A stretch of 28,828 nucleotides of DNA from assembly GCA_040256005.1 (NCBI GenBank), contig JBDZWC010000028.1, positions 1 through 28,828 of the forward strand. Direction: 5' to 3'. The position numbers and the translations under genes are program-made. Position 1 is the stretch's first letter, and each line of letters opens with the position of its first letter. Shown here one piece after another: positions 19,641 through 28,338 of this stretch. The notes below the pieces were generated by a model. That model was given only the letters and a program-made list of their open reading frames with translations. It did no database searches and was not told where the DNA came from. Source of the stretch: Deinococcaceae bacterium (GTDB lineage Bacteria; Deinococcota; Deinococci; Deinococcales; Trueperaceae).

Positions 19641-19664
19641 TGCAGGGGCGCCTGAGCGGCGTCC

Positions 19665-20276
19665 CTACTCGCCGGCGACTTCCCGCAGCACGCGCTCGTC
19701 GCGCACGGTGATCTTGCCGTAACCGGCCCTGATGGCGCCCAGCCGTACCAGCTCGCCTACGACCTTGGTAACGGTCTCTCGGACCGAGCCGACCGCCGTC
19801 GCGAGCTCGTCGTGGGTGATGTAGACCATGGGCGCGCCATCGGGGCTGCGGCCGGAGAGGTCGGAGTCTGACAGCTCGAGCAGCTCGGCTGCCACGCGGG
19901 CGCGCAGTGGCTTACCGGCCAGCCGGTGCAGGGACCTGCCCATCGTGTCCAGCGCGGCGGCGAGCACGGAGGCCAGCGCCCGCAGATCGGCCTCGCTGAG
20001 CTCGGAGGGGTCGATCACCTCGACGTCGGAGGGGGTGACGGCCTCGGCGAAGTAACGGCGCGGTTCGCCCGTGAGGACCTCCTCGCCGAAGTACCCGTCC
20101 TTCTTGACGTAGCGCAGGGTGACGCCGGTGCCGTCGTCGTCCACCGTGTACAGGCGGATGAGGCCGTTGACGAGCCTGTAGAGGTGCTCGGACCGGCCGG
20201 GGAAGAGCAGCACCTCGCCGCTCTCGGCGTGCCGCTGGTCCAGCACCGGGCTCCTCTGAACCGTTGTCACCGTCAC
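19665..20276 (-). CDS. CRP/FNR-family regulator, DdrI (Deinococcus)/SdrP (Thermus) type
   Basis: LYRLVNGLIRLYTVDDDGTGVTLRYVKKDGYFGEE...YFAEAVT and HTH THDELATAVGSVRETVTKVVGEL...AGYGKI closely match DdrI/SdrP as recalled; GAGGAGG RBS. Confidence 0.9.
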   Translation of the reverse strand: MTVTTVQRSPVLDQRHAESGEVLLFPGRSEHLYRLVNGLIRLYTVDDDGTGVTLRYVKKDGYFGEEVLTGEPRRYFAEAVTPSDVEVIDPSELSEADLRALASVLAAALDTMGRSLHRLAGKPLRARVAAELLELSDSDLSGRSPDGAPMVYITHDELATAVGSVRETVTKVVGELVRLGAIRAGYGKITVRDERVLREVAGE

Positions 20277-20395
20277 GTCCTCCTCGTCCGACGATACCGC
20301 CGGTCCTTGGGAGCGATGACAGTGTGGCTTACGTACCCGTTCGGCGGGTGCGGTCGTGTCTCGGCGCGGCCAGGGCGTGCCGCGGCGTCTCGAAC

Positions 20396-21481
20396 CTAGA
20401 CGTTGAAGAGGAAGTGGACGACGTCCCCGTCGCGCACCACGTACTCCTTGCCCTCGACCCTGAGCTGACCCTTGGAGCGCGCGGCCGCGATGCTGCCGGC
20501 TGCCACCAGCTCGTCCCAGGCGATGACCTCCGCGCGGATGAAGCCCCGCTCGAAGTCGCTATGGATCTCGCCGGCGGCCTGTGGGGCCTTGGTGCCGCGC
20601 TTGACGGTCCAGGCGCGGACCTCCTTCTCGCCGGCCGTGAAGAAGGTGATGAGCCCGAGGGTCGCGTAGCCGGTGGTGATCAGCCGCTCGAGCCCCGAGC
20701 GCTCGAGCCCCATGTCCTCGAGGAAGGCCTGCTGTTCCTCCGGCTCTAGCTGCGCCAGCTCCTCCTCGATTCGGGCGGAGACGATCACGACGTCGGCGCC
20801 GTCCCGTCCGGCCACCTGACGCACAGTCTCGACGTGCCTGTTGCCGGTCACGACGTCTTCCTCCGCGACGTTGCAGACGTAGATCACGGGCTTCGCCGTC
20901 AGCAGGCCGAGCACGTGGGGCACCTCGATCCCACTGCGCCGGGCCGGCACCCCGTTCGATAGGGCCGCCATGAGGGGTTCGACGACCTTCAAAAGCGCCG
21001 CGTCGTCGGCGTCGCCCTTCGCGCTGCGCCGCAGGCGTTCGTGCCTGCGCTCGAGGGCGGCGAGGTCCGCCAGCATCAGCTCCGTGTCGATGGTATCGAT
21101 GTCGGCCGCGGGGTCCACCTCACCGGCGACGTGCACGACGTTGGGGTCGTCGAAGCACCGCACCACGTGCGCGATAGCCGCGACCTCGCGGATGTGCGCC
21201 AGGAACTGGTTCCCCAGACCCTCGCCCTTGTGGGCGCCGCGCACGAGACCGGCGATGTCGACGAACTCCACGGACGTAGGGACGATGGGCACATGCCGAC
21301 CAGGCTTCGCATAGAGCCCGTGCAGCGCGGCGAGGCGCTCGTCCGGCACAGCGACCACGCCGACGTTGCGATCGATCGTCGCGAACGGGTAGTTCGCGGC
21401 CTCGACGCCCGCCTTGGTGATCGCGTTGAAGAGGGTGGACTTGCCCACGTTGGGCAGCCCGACGATCCCGATACCTAGCAC
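20396..21481 (-). CDS. ychF: Redox-regulated Obg-like ATPase YchF
   Basis: [48 protein letters not shown] tail [21 protein letters not shown]...[12 protein letters not shown]. Confidence 0.97.
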   Translation of the reverse strand: MLGIGIVGLPNVGKSTLFNAITKAGVEAANYPFATIDRNVGVVAVPDERLAALHGLYAKPGRHVPIVPTSVEFVDIAGLVRGAHKGEGLGNQFLAHIREVAAIAHVVRCFDDPNVVHVAGEVDPAADIDTIDTELMLADLAALERRHERLRRSAKGDADDAALLKVVEPLMAALSNGVPARRSGIEVPHVLGLLTAKPVIYVCNVAEEDVVTGNRHVETVRQVAGRDGADVVIVSARIEEELAQLEPEEQQAFLEDMGLERSGLERLITTGYATLGLITFFTAGEKEVRAWTVKRGTKAPQAAGEIHSDFERGFIRAEVIAWDELVAAGSIAAARSKGQLRVEGKEYVVRDGDVVHFLFNV

Positions 21482-21605
21482 CAGTGGTCTCCCGCGGCCC
21501 GCCGTCGGAGCCGTTCCGGCGCCCGCCGCTGGGGCGCCAACGGCGGAGCATACCAGACCGGCTGTTGGGTCCTGGATGGCGGGAGGAGCGCCGGAAGGCG
21601 CGTGA

Positions 21606-21611
21606 TAGAGT
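21606..21611 (+). promoter_or_regulatory. Extended -10 TGaTAGAGT, leaderless-type promoter of hom-thrC
   Basis: TAGAGT, 7 nt, then ATG 21619. Confidence 0.6.
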
Positions 21612-21618
21612 CGCGCGC

Positions 21619-22641
21619 ATGCCGTCTGGGAGCCGCGTCGCGAGCAAGGTGGCCGTCATCGGCGCCGGGACGGTTGGATCGGTGGTCGTCGCGATGCTCG
21701 GGTCCGCTCCAGGCGTGCAGGTGGCCGGCGTCCTGGTGCGCGACGCGACCAAGCCTAGAGGGTTCGAGGGCTGGGAGGGACTGGTGACCGAGGACCCGGC
21801 GGTCCTGGCCAGCGCCGACCTCGTCGTCGAGGTCGCCGGCGGGACGGGCGCGGCAGCCGACCACATGTTGGCGGCCCTGGCGCGCGGCGTCCCCGTCGTG
21901 ACCGCGAACAAGGCCGCCCTGGCCGAGCGCTGGGACGAGTTCGCCCCGTACCTGACCGCGGGCAAGGTCTGGTGTGAGGCGGCGGTCATGGCCGGCACGC
22001 CGATCGTGGGTCCGCTCACGAAGGCGCTGAGAGGCTGCCGCCCCGTAGGCCTTCACGCCATCTTGAACGGGACTTGCAACGTGATCCTCAGCGACATGGA
22101 GGCGGGGATGGCGTTCGAGGAGGCGTTGTCCAGGGCGCAGGCTGCCGGGTTCGCCGAGGCCGACCCCACGCTCGATGTCGAAGGCATCGATGCTGCCCAC
22201 AAGGCGACGGTGCTGGCGCGGTTGGCGTTCGACCCCGCGCTGCCCTTCGAGCGAGTCAGGGCGGCTACCGTGGGCGTTTCCGGACTGGACCCTCAGGTCG
22301 TAGCCGATCAGGTCGCCCGCGGCCGCAGCGTCAGGCTCGTGGCCAGCGTGCACGGAGGGCCGGATGGCTGGCGCGCCGCGGTGAGGCCGCTGTCGTTGCC
22401 GGCCGCGCACCCGCTGGTGACGCGAGGAGCCGTGAACGCGGCGGTCTTCCTGGGGGACCCGGTGGGTGAGGTCTACGTGCGCGGCGCCGGCGCGGGCGGC
22501 GGCTCCACCGCGACGGCCGTCGTCTCGGACGCGCTCGCGGCCCTCTCCGGGGGGCGAGGGCACACGCCCAGGGGCGCCGCGGCCGAGATCGCCCACGACG
22601 CCCAACGAAGCGCGTTGCCGCAAGGCGCCGAGGAGCTGTAG
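21619..22641 (+). CDS. hom: Homoserine dehydrogenase (no ACT domain)
   Basis: GAGTVG, VVTANKA, EAAVMAGTP, ILNGTCN, GFAEADPTLDVEGIDAAHK, GAGAGGGSTATAVVSD; start ATG 21619. Confidence 0.94.
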   Translation: MPSGSRVASKVAVIGAGTVGSVVVAMLGSAPGVQVAGVLVRDATKPRGFEGWEGLVTEDPAVLASADLVVEVAGGTGAAADHMLAALARGVPVVTANKAALAERWDEFAPYLTAGKVWCEAAVMAGTPIVGPLTKALRGCRPVGLHAILNGTCNVILSDMEAGMAFEEALSRAQAAGFAEADPTLDVEGIDAAHKATVLARLAFDPALPFERVRAATVGVSGLDPQVVADQVARGRSVRLVASVHGGPDGWRAAVRPLSLPAAHPLVTRGAVNAAVFLGDPVGEVYVRGAGAGGGSTATAVVSDALAALSGGRGHTPRGAAAEIAHDAQRSALPQGAEEL

Positions 22642-22644
22642 CGG

Positions 22645-23946
22645 GTGCAGGGCCCCGTCGTCAGGTACGTGTCCACGCGCACGCCCTCCGAAGCAGGCGT
22701 GAGCTTCGAGGAGGCGGTCCTGGCTGGATTGGCGCCCGACGGGGGCCTGTACGTCCCCGACGCGCTACCGAGCGCACCGTCCGGCTGGGAGGGAACACAG
22801 GACCCGGCGGTCCTGGCGTCCCTGGCCCTGTCGCCGTACCTGGGCATGGAGCCGGCGGAGACCGGGAAGGCGTTCCGTGCGACGCTCGACTTCCCGTTGC
22901 CGCTGGTGGACCTGGGCGACGACCTCTACGTGCTCGAGCTGTTCCATGGGCCCACCGCCGCGTTCAAGGACGTTGGCGCCAGGAGCATGGCCCGCATCAT
23001 GGAGCGCCTGCTCGCTGGCAGCGGCAGGCGAGCGACCGTCCTGGTGGCCACCTCGGGCGACACCGGTGGCGCCGTCGCGGACGCTTTCGCCGGGCTCGCC
23101 GCCGTGGACGTCGCCGTCCTGTTCCCACGGGGGCAGGTCTCCGACGTGCAGGAGGACCAGCTCACCGCCGCGCGTCCGGGCGTGACGGCGTACGCCGTGG
23201 AGGGCACCTTCGACGACTGCCAACGGATGCTCAAGCAGGTGTTGGCCGATCCCGACATGGCTGGCCGCGACCTCTCGACGGCCAACTCGATCAACATCGC
23301 CCGCCTGCTGCCCCAGGTCGTCTACTACCTGCTGGCCAGCGCGCGGCTGCGTGAGTCCGGAGAGACGAGGGCCCCGACGTTCGTCGTGCCCAGCGGGAAC
23401 CTGGGGAACCTGACGGCCGGGCTGCTGGCCGCGCGGATCGGCGGGCTCAGCGCCGGTTTCGTGGCGGCTCACAACGCCAACGACTACTTCGCGCGCTTCC
23501 TGGCCGGTCAGGTCGAGCCGTACGCCTTCGACGCCAGCGTCAGGACGCTCTCGAACGCCATGGACGTGGGCGGGCCGTCCAACTTCGAACGGCTCTGGGC
23601 CATGTGGGGTGAGGACGTGAGACACATGGTGCGGGGCCACGTCGTCGACGACGAGGCGACGTCCGGGCGTATCGCGCTCACCTGGACGCAGCGAGGCTAC
23701 CTGGCCTGCCCCCATACCGCCGTGGGGCTGGAGGCAGCGGCTCGAGAGCGTTCCGGCGGCGTCCACGGCCCCATCGTCGTGCTGGGCACGGCGCACCCGG
23801 CCAAGTTCCCTGGCACGGTGCGCCGGGCCACGGGGATCGAGCCCCCCAGCCATCCCGGGCTGGAGCGGTTCCGGACGGCCGCCAAGAGCGCCACACCCTT
23901 GCCGGCCGACGCCGCGGCCCTCAAGCGGGCGCTGCTGGCTCGGTGA
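22645..23946 (+). CDS. thrC: Threonine synthase
   Basis: YVSTR, GLAPDGGLYVP, ELFHGPTAAFKD, ATSGDTG, GTFDDCQ, ANSINIAR, VPSGNLGN, TAHPAKF. Confidence 0.96.
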   Translation: MQGPVVRYVSTRTPSEAGVSFEEAVLAGLAPDGGLYVPDALPSAPSGWEGTQDPAVLASLALSPYLGMEPAETGKAFRATLDFPLPLVDLGDDLYVLELFHGPTAAFKDVGARSMARIMERLLAGSGRRATVLVATSGDTGGAVADAFAGLAAVDVAVLFPRGQVSDVQEDQLTAARPGVTAYAVEGTFDDCQRMLKQVLADPDMAGRDLSTANSINIARLLPQVVYYLLASARLRESGETRAPTFVVPSGNLGNLTAGLLAARIGGLSAGFVAAHNANDYFARFLAGQVEPYAFDASVRTLSNAMDVGGPSNFERLWAMWGEDVRHMVRGHVVDDEATSGRIALTWTQRGYLACPHTAVGLEAAARERSGGVHGPIVVLGTAHPAKFPGTVRRATGIEPPSHPGLERFRTAAKSATPLPADAAALKRALLAR

Positions 23947-23953
23947 GCGCCGG

Positions 23954-24805
23954 CTAGACCAGCGCGAACGGCGCGGCGTCGCCGTCTTCGAGCCGCCTGG
24001 CCCTGCCCTCCGACTCGAGCTTCTCGAGGTGCGCCAGGACGGACAGCCGTGCCAGCTCGCGCAGGTCGCCGTCCACGCCGGGGTAGATGGTCGCGGTGAT
24101 GCCGGCGGCGTCGAGCGGGCCCGCCTCGAGAGCCGCCACGACCTGCGCCTCCCGCTCGAGCCTATGGTCGCGCTGCTCGGCCAGCCGAGCGACCGGGTCG
24201 TCCACGAGAGGGCCGTGACCAGGCCCCAGCCGCGGCGGAGCGAGCCCCAACAGCGTCTCGAGCGAGCGCAGGTACGCCCCCACGTCGCCCTCCGGCTTGC
24301 CCACCCACACGGAGCCGCTGGCCGTGACCAGGTCGCCGGCGAGCACGCTTTCTACCGCGCCGGATGCGTCCCTGATGACCACCGAGACGTGCCCACGGCT
24401 GTGGCCCGGCGTGTGCAGGAGCTCCGCGGTCACGTCCCCTACCGTGAGCATGACGCTGTCCTGGACCAAGACCTTGTGAGCGGCCACGTCCACACGCTCG
24501 GCCTCGGAGGCGTGCACGTACACGCTCGGTCGGTCGAAGCGCTGAAGGGCGCCCTGCAGACCCTCCCAATGGTCGGGGTGGCTGTGGGTGAGGGCGATGG
24601 CCTTGACCGTGCGGGCGCCCGATCGAGCCACGGCGGTGGCCAGCGCCTCGGTGGCAGAGGCCAGGGGAGAGCCGGGGTCGACGATGAGGGCGACCCCTCC
24701 GTCGGACACGAGGTAAGCGTTGGTGTGGTCGTACGGCGGCAGCGTCGCCACGGGCAGCGGGACCCTCGTCACGTGCGCGCTGACCCTCTCGGTCTCGAAG
24801 CTCAT
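23954..24805 (-). CDS. MBL-fold metallo-hydrolase (LACTB2-like, C-terminal winged helix)
   Basis: TNAYLV, IVDPG, THSHPDH, HTPGHSRGH, AGD, PGHG, HRLERE, SVLAHLEKL. Start ATG 24805 overlaps the upstream stop (ATGA). Confidence 0.9.
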   Translation of the reverse strand: MSFETERVSAHVTRVPLPVATLPPYDHTNAYLVSDGGVALIVDPGSPLASATEALATAVARSGARTVKAIALTHSHPDHWEGLQGALQRFDRPSVYVHASEAERVDVAAHKVLVQDSVMLTVGDVTAELLHTPGHSRGHVSVVIRDASGAVESVLAGDLVTASGSVWVGKPEGDVGAYLRSLETLLGLAPPRLGPGHGPLVDDPVARLAEQRDHRLEREAQVVAALEAGPLDAAGITATIYPGVDGDLRELARLSVLAHLEKLESEGRARRLEDGDAAPFALV

Positions 24806-25884
24806 CTGTCCTCCCCCACGAGCCGCAGAGCCGCGTCGATGGCGTCGTCGGGCGGCACGACCACGTCCGGCTCCACGCCCCTGCCCTCCCATGTCGCGCC
24901 GAGGAGAGGCGCCAGGACCCCCGTAGCGATCCATGCTTGAGAGCCGTCGCGCAGGCAGAATGGCAACACGGCCTCAACGTTGCCGGCCGTCCTCTCTCCG
25001 ACCACGACCGCCCGACCGTTGTCCTGCAATGCCCCGGCCAGCCCTTCCGCAGCGCTGTTGACGCCGCCGTCTACCAGCAGGTAGAGGGGGAGGTCGGTCG
25101 CCGGCTCACCGAACGCGGGGTACGGCACCGGCAGCGACCAGCTGAGGACCGCTCGCCACAGGAAGCCACGCGTGAAGACGCCGGCCACCTGCATCATCGT
25201 GACCAGACGTCCGCCCGGGTTGCCCCGCAGGTCGAGCACCAGCGCCTCGGCTCCCTGGCGCTGCAGGCGCGTGACGGCCTGCCGCACCGCGCTCGCCACG
25301 CCGTCGGTGGCGAGGTCAGGCAGTCGCACGTAGCCCACGGCAGCGCCGCCTGCGTCGGTCATGCCGAACGCCACGACGCCGATCTCGTCTGTCGTGAGGT
25401 CTTCTGGAGCAAGTGCCAGGCCCGCCGTGCCCGAGCGATAGGCGCCGGTCGCTGCCTGGGCGTCGAACACGGCCAGGCACGGCAGGTCGCCGTACAACCT
25501 CCTGATCTCGTCGACGCGAGAGGGCCGCACGAAGACGGAGTGGTCGTCCCCGATCTCCTCGTACATCTCCTCGAGCAGGTCGAAGAGGCCTTCCTCGTCC
25601 TCGACCTCGCTCATGCGGGCGCGGTACCTGTCACCCACCTCCTGCCAGTCGACGGCCAGCGCATCAAGGTCCCAGTAGCGCTCGTCCACGAGCCGCCAGG
25701 CGCTCTCGAACCTGTCCAGCAGGGTCCGACCCTGGACGGGTCGCGCCCACGTCCCGGCTTGACCGGGGGCCACGCCGTAGATGGCGGGCGGGTCCGGGTC
25801 TGGGCCAGCCACTGCCGGCGGACAGCAGGATGCCAGGAGGAGCAACGCGGCCGCCCCGAGAGGCGCTATGCGGATGCCGCTCAC
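24802..25884 (-). CDS. S41-family peptidase, putative lipoprotein, no PDZ domain
   Basis: LASC lipobox, FESAWRLVDERYW, GDDHS, GYVRL, LVLDLRGNPGG, NSAAE, VVVGERTAG, EGRGVEPDV. Confidence 0.87.
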   Translation of the reverse strand: MSGIRIAPLGAAALLLLASCCPPAVAGPDPDPPAIYGVAPGQAGTWARPVQGRTLLDRFESAWRLVDERYWDLDALAVDWQEVGDRYRARMSEVEDEEGLFDLLEEMYEEIGDDHSVFVRPSRVDEIRRLYGDLPCLAVFDAQAATGAYRSGTAGLALAPEDLTTDEIGVVAFGMTDAGGAAVGYVRLPDLATDGVASAVRQAVTRLQRQGAEALVLDLRGNPGGRLVTMMQVAGVFTRGFLWRAVLSWSLPVPYPAFGEPATDLPLYLLVDGGVNSAAEGLAGALQDNGRAVVVGERTAGNVEAVLPFCLRDGSQAWIATGVLAPLLGATWEGRGVEPDVVVPPDDAIDAALRLVGEDR

Positions 25885-26825
25885 GCCGGCGCCGTGGCCA
25901 GGTCAGCGCCCGCCCGCTCCAGCCAGCTGCCGTCGAGGACGACCGACTGGGCGCCGACCATGGTGGTGTTGAGAGCGCCAGCCACGTTCGCCATGCGCGC
26001 CGCGGTCAGAGCGTCGTGGCCGCTCATGACGGCATGGGCGAAGGCCGCCGTGTAGTAGTCGCCGGCGCCGGTGCTGTCGATGACCCCGTCGATGCTGTGG
26101 GCCTCCACCAACTCGGACTGCTCGGACGTGAAGAGGATGGAGCCGTTCTCGCCCACCTTCACGACGATGTTGTCGAAGCCGTACTCCTGCAGGCTGCCCA
26201 CCGCGTCGGTGATGGTGGGCTCGCCGGTTATCGCGTAGAGCTCGAACTCGTTCATGAGCAGGAAGTCCGCCGGCTGGACGTGATCGAGCAGACGGTCGCC
26301 GAGGGCGTGCACGGCGCTGGTCCCCAGGTCGACGAAGACGGTGACCTTGTGCCTCACCGCGAGCTCGAGAGTCCGGAGCGCGAACTCCTTCTGCCGGCCG
26401 CCTATCAGGGAGTACGCGCTCAGCACGAGGGCGTCGCGGTCGGCGACATGCTCCTCACGCAGCCCCGCCGCGTCCAGGTACCGGCTCGCGCCGGCCGCGC
26501 TGATCATGGTCCGTTGGGCGTCGGGCGTCACGATGAGCGTGATGCTGCTGGTCTGACGGACCTCGTCGTGCTGCACGAGCCTCATGTCCACGCCCGCGGC
26601 GACCGCGTTGCGCAGCGCCAGCTCGGCGAACGGGCCGGTGCCCACCCGGGTCGCGATGCGAGTGTCGTTGCCGAGCCGCGCCAGGACCGTGGCGACCGTG
26701 CCTCCCGACCCGCCGGGCTCCAGCAGCGCCCTGTGCGCTGAGACCTCTCCCCCCGGCTCCGGGAACTCGTTGACGAAGTACATCTGGTCGACGGTGGCAT
26801 CGCCGACCACGAGGAACTTGGGCAT
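25881..26825 (-). CDS. PfkB/ribokinase-family carbohydrate kinase
   Basis: VVGDATVD, PGGSGGTVA..LARLG, NEFE, VVKVGENGS, DSTGAGD; AAGGAG RBS. Confidence 0.92.
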   Translation of the reverse strand: MPKFLVVGDATVDQMYFVNEFPEPGGEVSAHRALLEPGGSGGTVATVLARLGNDTRIATRVGTGPFAELALRNAVAAGVDMRLVQHDEVRQTSSITLIVTPDAQRTMISAAGASRYLDAAGLREEHVADRDALVLSAYSLIGGRQKEFALRTLELAVRHKVTVFVDLGTSAVHALGDRLLDHVQPADFLLMNEFELYAITGEPTITDAVGSLQEYGFDNIVVKVGENGSILFTSEQSELVEAHSIDGVIDSTGAGDYYTAAFAHAVMSGHDALTAARMANVAGALNTTMVGAQSVVLDGSWLERAGADLATAPA

Positions 26826-26921
26826 CTAGGCTCCGCTCCTTGGCCGCTCGCCTTGGCGGCATGCGCGTGCGGCGGCCGGAGCTCGGCCGCCCAGCCTGGC
26901 GCGTTGGTTTGCCGGGCCATT

Positions 26922-27749
26922 CTAACTAGGGCGGCGCGTCCTCCCGCCCTGCTGAGGAACAGGTCCCAGCAGTCCCAGCAGGCGTTCGAACTCGGGCAGG
27001 CCCAGCCGCTCGGCTCGCACCTGCGGGTCCAGGCCCACCGCGGCGATGGCGCCCTCGACGCGGTCGGCGTCGTAGCCGGCGAACGCCAGGTTGCGCTTGA
27101 GCGTCTTGCGCCGGTGGGCGAAGGAGGCCGAGATGAGCGCGAACAGGTCCGGCGCGGGCCGGGCTGCCGGCTCCACGTCCAGCGCGACGACGGCCGAGCG
27201 CACCTTGGGCGGCGGCACGAACGCCCCGGGCGGCACGACCTTGACGATCCGGGCGCTGGCGTGGTGCGCCACCAGCAACGAGAGCGCCCCGAACGCCTCA
27301 TCGCCCGGACCCGACACCAAGCGCTCCCCGACCTCGAGCTGGACCAGGCAGGAGAGCCTCTCGAACCGACCCGACTCGAGCGCCCTGGCGATCACCGGCG
27401 TCGCCACGTTGTACGGCAGGTTCGCGGCGAGCACGGACCGGTCGGGTAGGTCGGCGAGGTCGTAGCGCAGAGCGTCCCCATGCACCACCTCGACGTTGTC
27501 GAGCCCGGCGAGCGTCTCCTCCAGGACGGGCAGGAGCCGCCTGTCGAGCTCGACCGCGACGACCCGGCCCGCGTGCCGTGCCAGCTCACGGGTCAACGTG
27601 CCCAGGCCGGGTCCGACCTCGAGCACGGTGTGGCGCGGCTCGAGCCGGGCGGCGGTCACGACGGCCGTCAGGACCGAGGGGTCGACGAGGAAGTTCTGAC
27701 CGAACGACTTGTCGGCCGCGAGCCCGTGCCGGCGCAGCAGGTCGCGCAC
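26922..27749 (-). CDS. rsmA: 16S rRNA m6,2A dimethyltransferase RsmA/KsgA (start uncertain, possibly up to 27782)
   Basis: KSFGQNFL, VLEVGPGLGTLT, AVELDRRL, GDAL, ANLPYNV, FVPPPKVRS, FAHRRKTL, RAERL. Confidence 0.95.
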   Translation of the reverse strand: MRDLLRRHGLAADKSFGQNFLVDPSVLTAVVTAARLEPRHTVLEVGPGLGTLTRELARHAGRVVAVELDRRLLPVLEETLAGLDNVEVVHGDALRYDLADLPDRSVLAANLPYNVATPVIARALESGRFERLSCLVQLEVGERLVSGPGDEAFGALSLLVAHHASARIVKVVPPGAFVPPPKVRSAVVALDVEPAARPAPDLFALISASFAHRRKTLKRNLAFAGYDADRVEGAIAAVGLDPQVRAERLGLPEFERLLGLLGPVPQQGGRTRRPS

Positions 27750-27801
27750 GACCGCGCGGTTCGTTAGGTTAGACCGGTCTATATCGCCCGTGGGCGCTCG
27801 C

Positions 27802-28293
27802 TCAGGTGCCGTGGAACGCGATGGCGTCGTCCAGCTGCTTCTCGGCCTCGGGGAGCGCCACGTCCTGGACCACCGCCAGCTCGCTGGCCAGCATCGTCTT
27901 GGCGTTCTCGAGCACCTCGCGCTCCGTGGCGGCGAGGCCCTTCTCGACGTCCCGCTTGGCCAGCACGCCGATGAGGCGCGCCAGGTCGTAGGCGCTGCCG
28001 GTCGAGAGGATCTCCTGCTCGGCGCGGAAACGGGGCGGCCATTGGCTAGGGAGGGTGAGGTCGGCGGAGCGAATGGCCTCGAGCAGGCGACCTATCTCGT
28101 CGGCCTCGACGGTGTGCCGCAGTCCCACCTCCTCGCCCTTCTTCAGAGGCACCAGCACCTCCATGTCGCCTCTGATGAAGACGACCTTGAGGTACTCATG
28201 GGACTCGCCCAACACGACCCGCGTGGTCCGCTCTTGAACGACACCGGCGCCCTGGGACGGGTAGACGACGTGGTCACCCACCTTGAAGGTCAC
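27802..28293 (-). CDS. carD: CarD-family transcription factor
   Basis: FKVGDHVVYPSQGAGVV, VLVP...VGLR, conserved Trp in PSQWPPR, EREVLENAKTMLASEL. Confidence 0.93.
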   Translation of the reverse strand: MTFKVGDHVVYPSQGAGVVQERTTRVVLGESHEYLKVVFIRGDMEVLVPLKKGEEVGLRHTVEADEIGRLLEAIRSADLTLPSQWPPRFRAEQEILSTGSAYDLARLIGVLAKRDVEKGLAATEREVLENAKTMLASELAVVQDVALPEAEKQLDDAIAFHGT

Positions 28294-28302
28294 AGTGGCG
28301 CA

Positions 28303-28308
28303 AGACTA
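28303..28308 (-). promoter_or_regulatory. Extended -10 TGtTAGTCT before carD
   Basis: TAGTCT, 9 nt, then GTG 28293 (very short leader). Confidence 0.5.
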
Positions 28309-28338
28309 ACACGCGGGGCCGTGGGCCTGGTTTGCACG

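Noticed and set aside
20323..20338. Possible autoregulatory CRP site (TGTGG half) upstream of the DdrI-like gene
   Set aside because: Only one half-site matches; no palindrome
26860..26915. Leader begins GGCAAACC...GGG...GAGCTCCGGCC, loosely like a c-di-GMP-I riboswitch
   Set aside because: No GNRA tetraloop/receptor and no conserved GACGCAAAG core; not supportable without a covariance-model hit
26963..26980. 9-bp tandem repeat GTCCCAGCA x2 at the end of rsmA
   Set aside because: Encodes LLG-LLG in a variable tail; a trivial slippage or chance event
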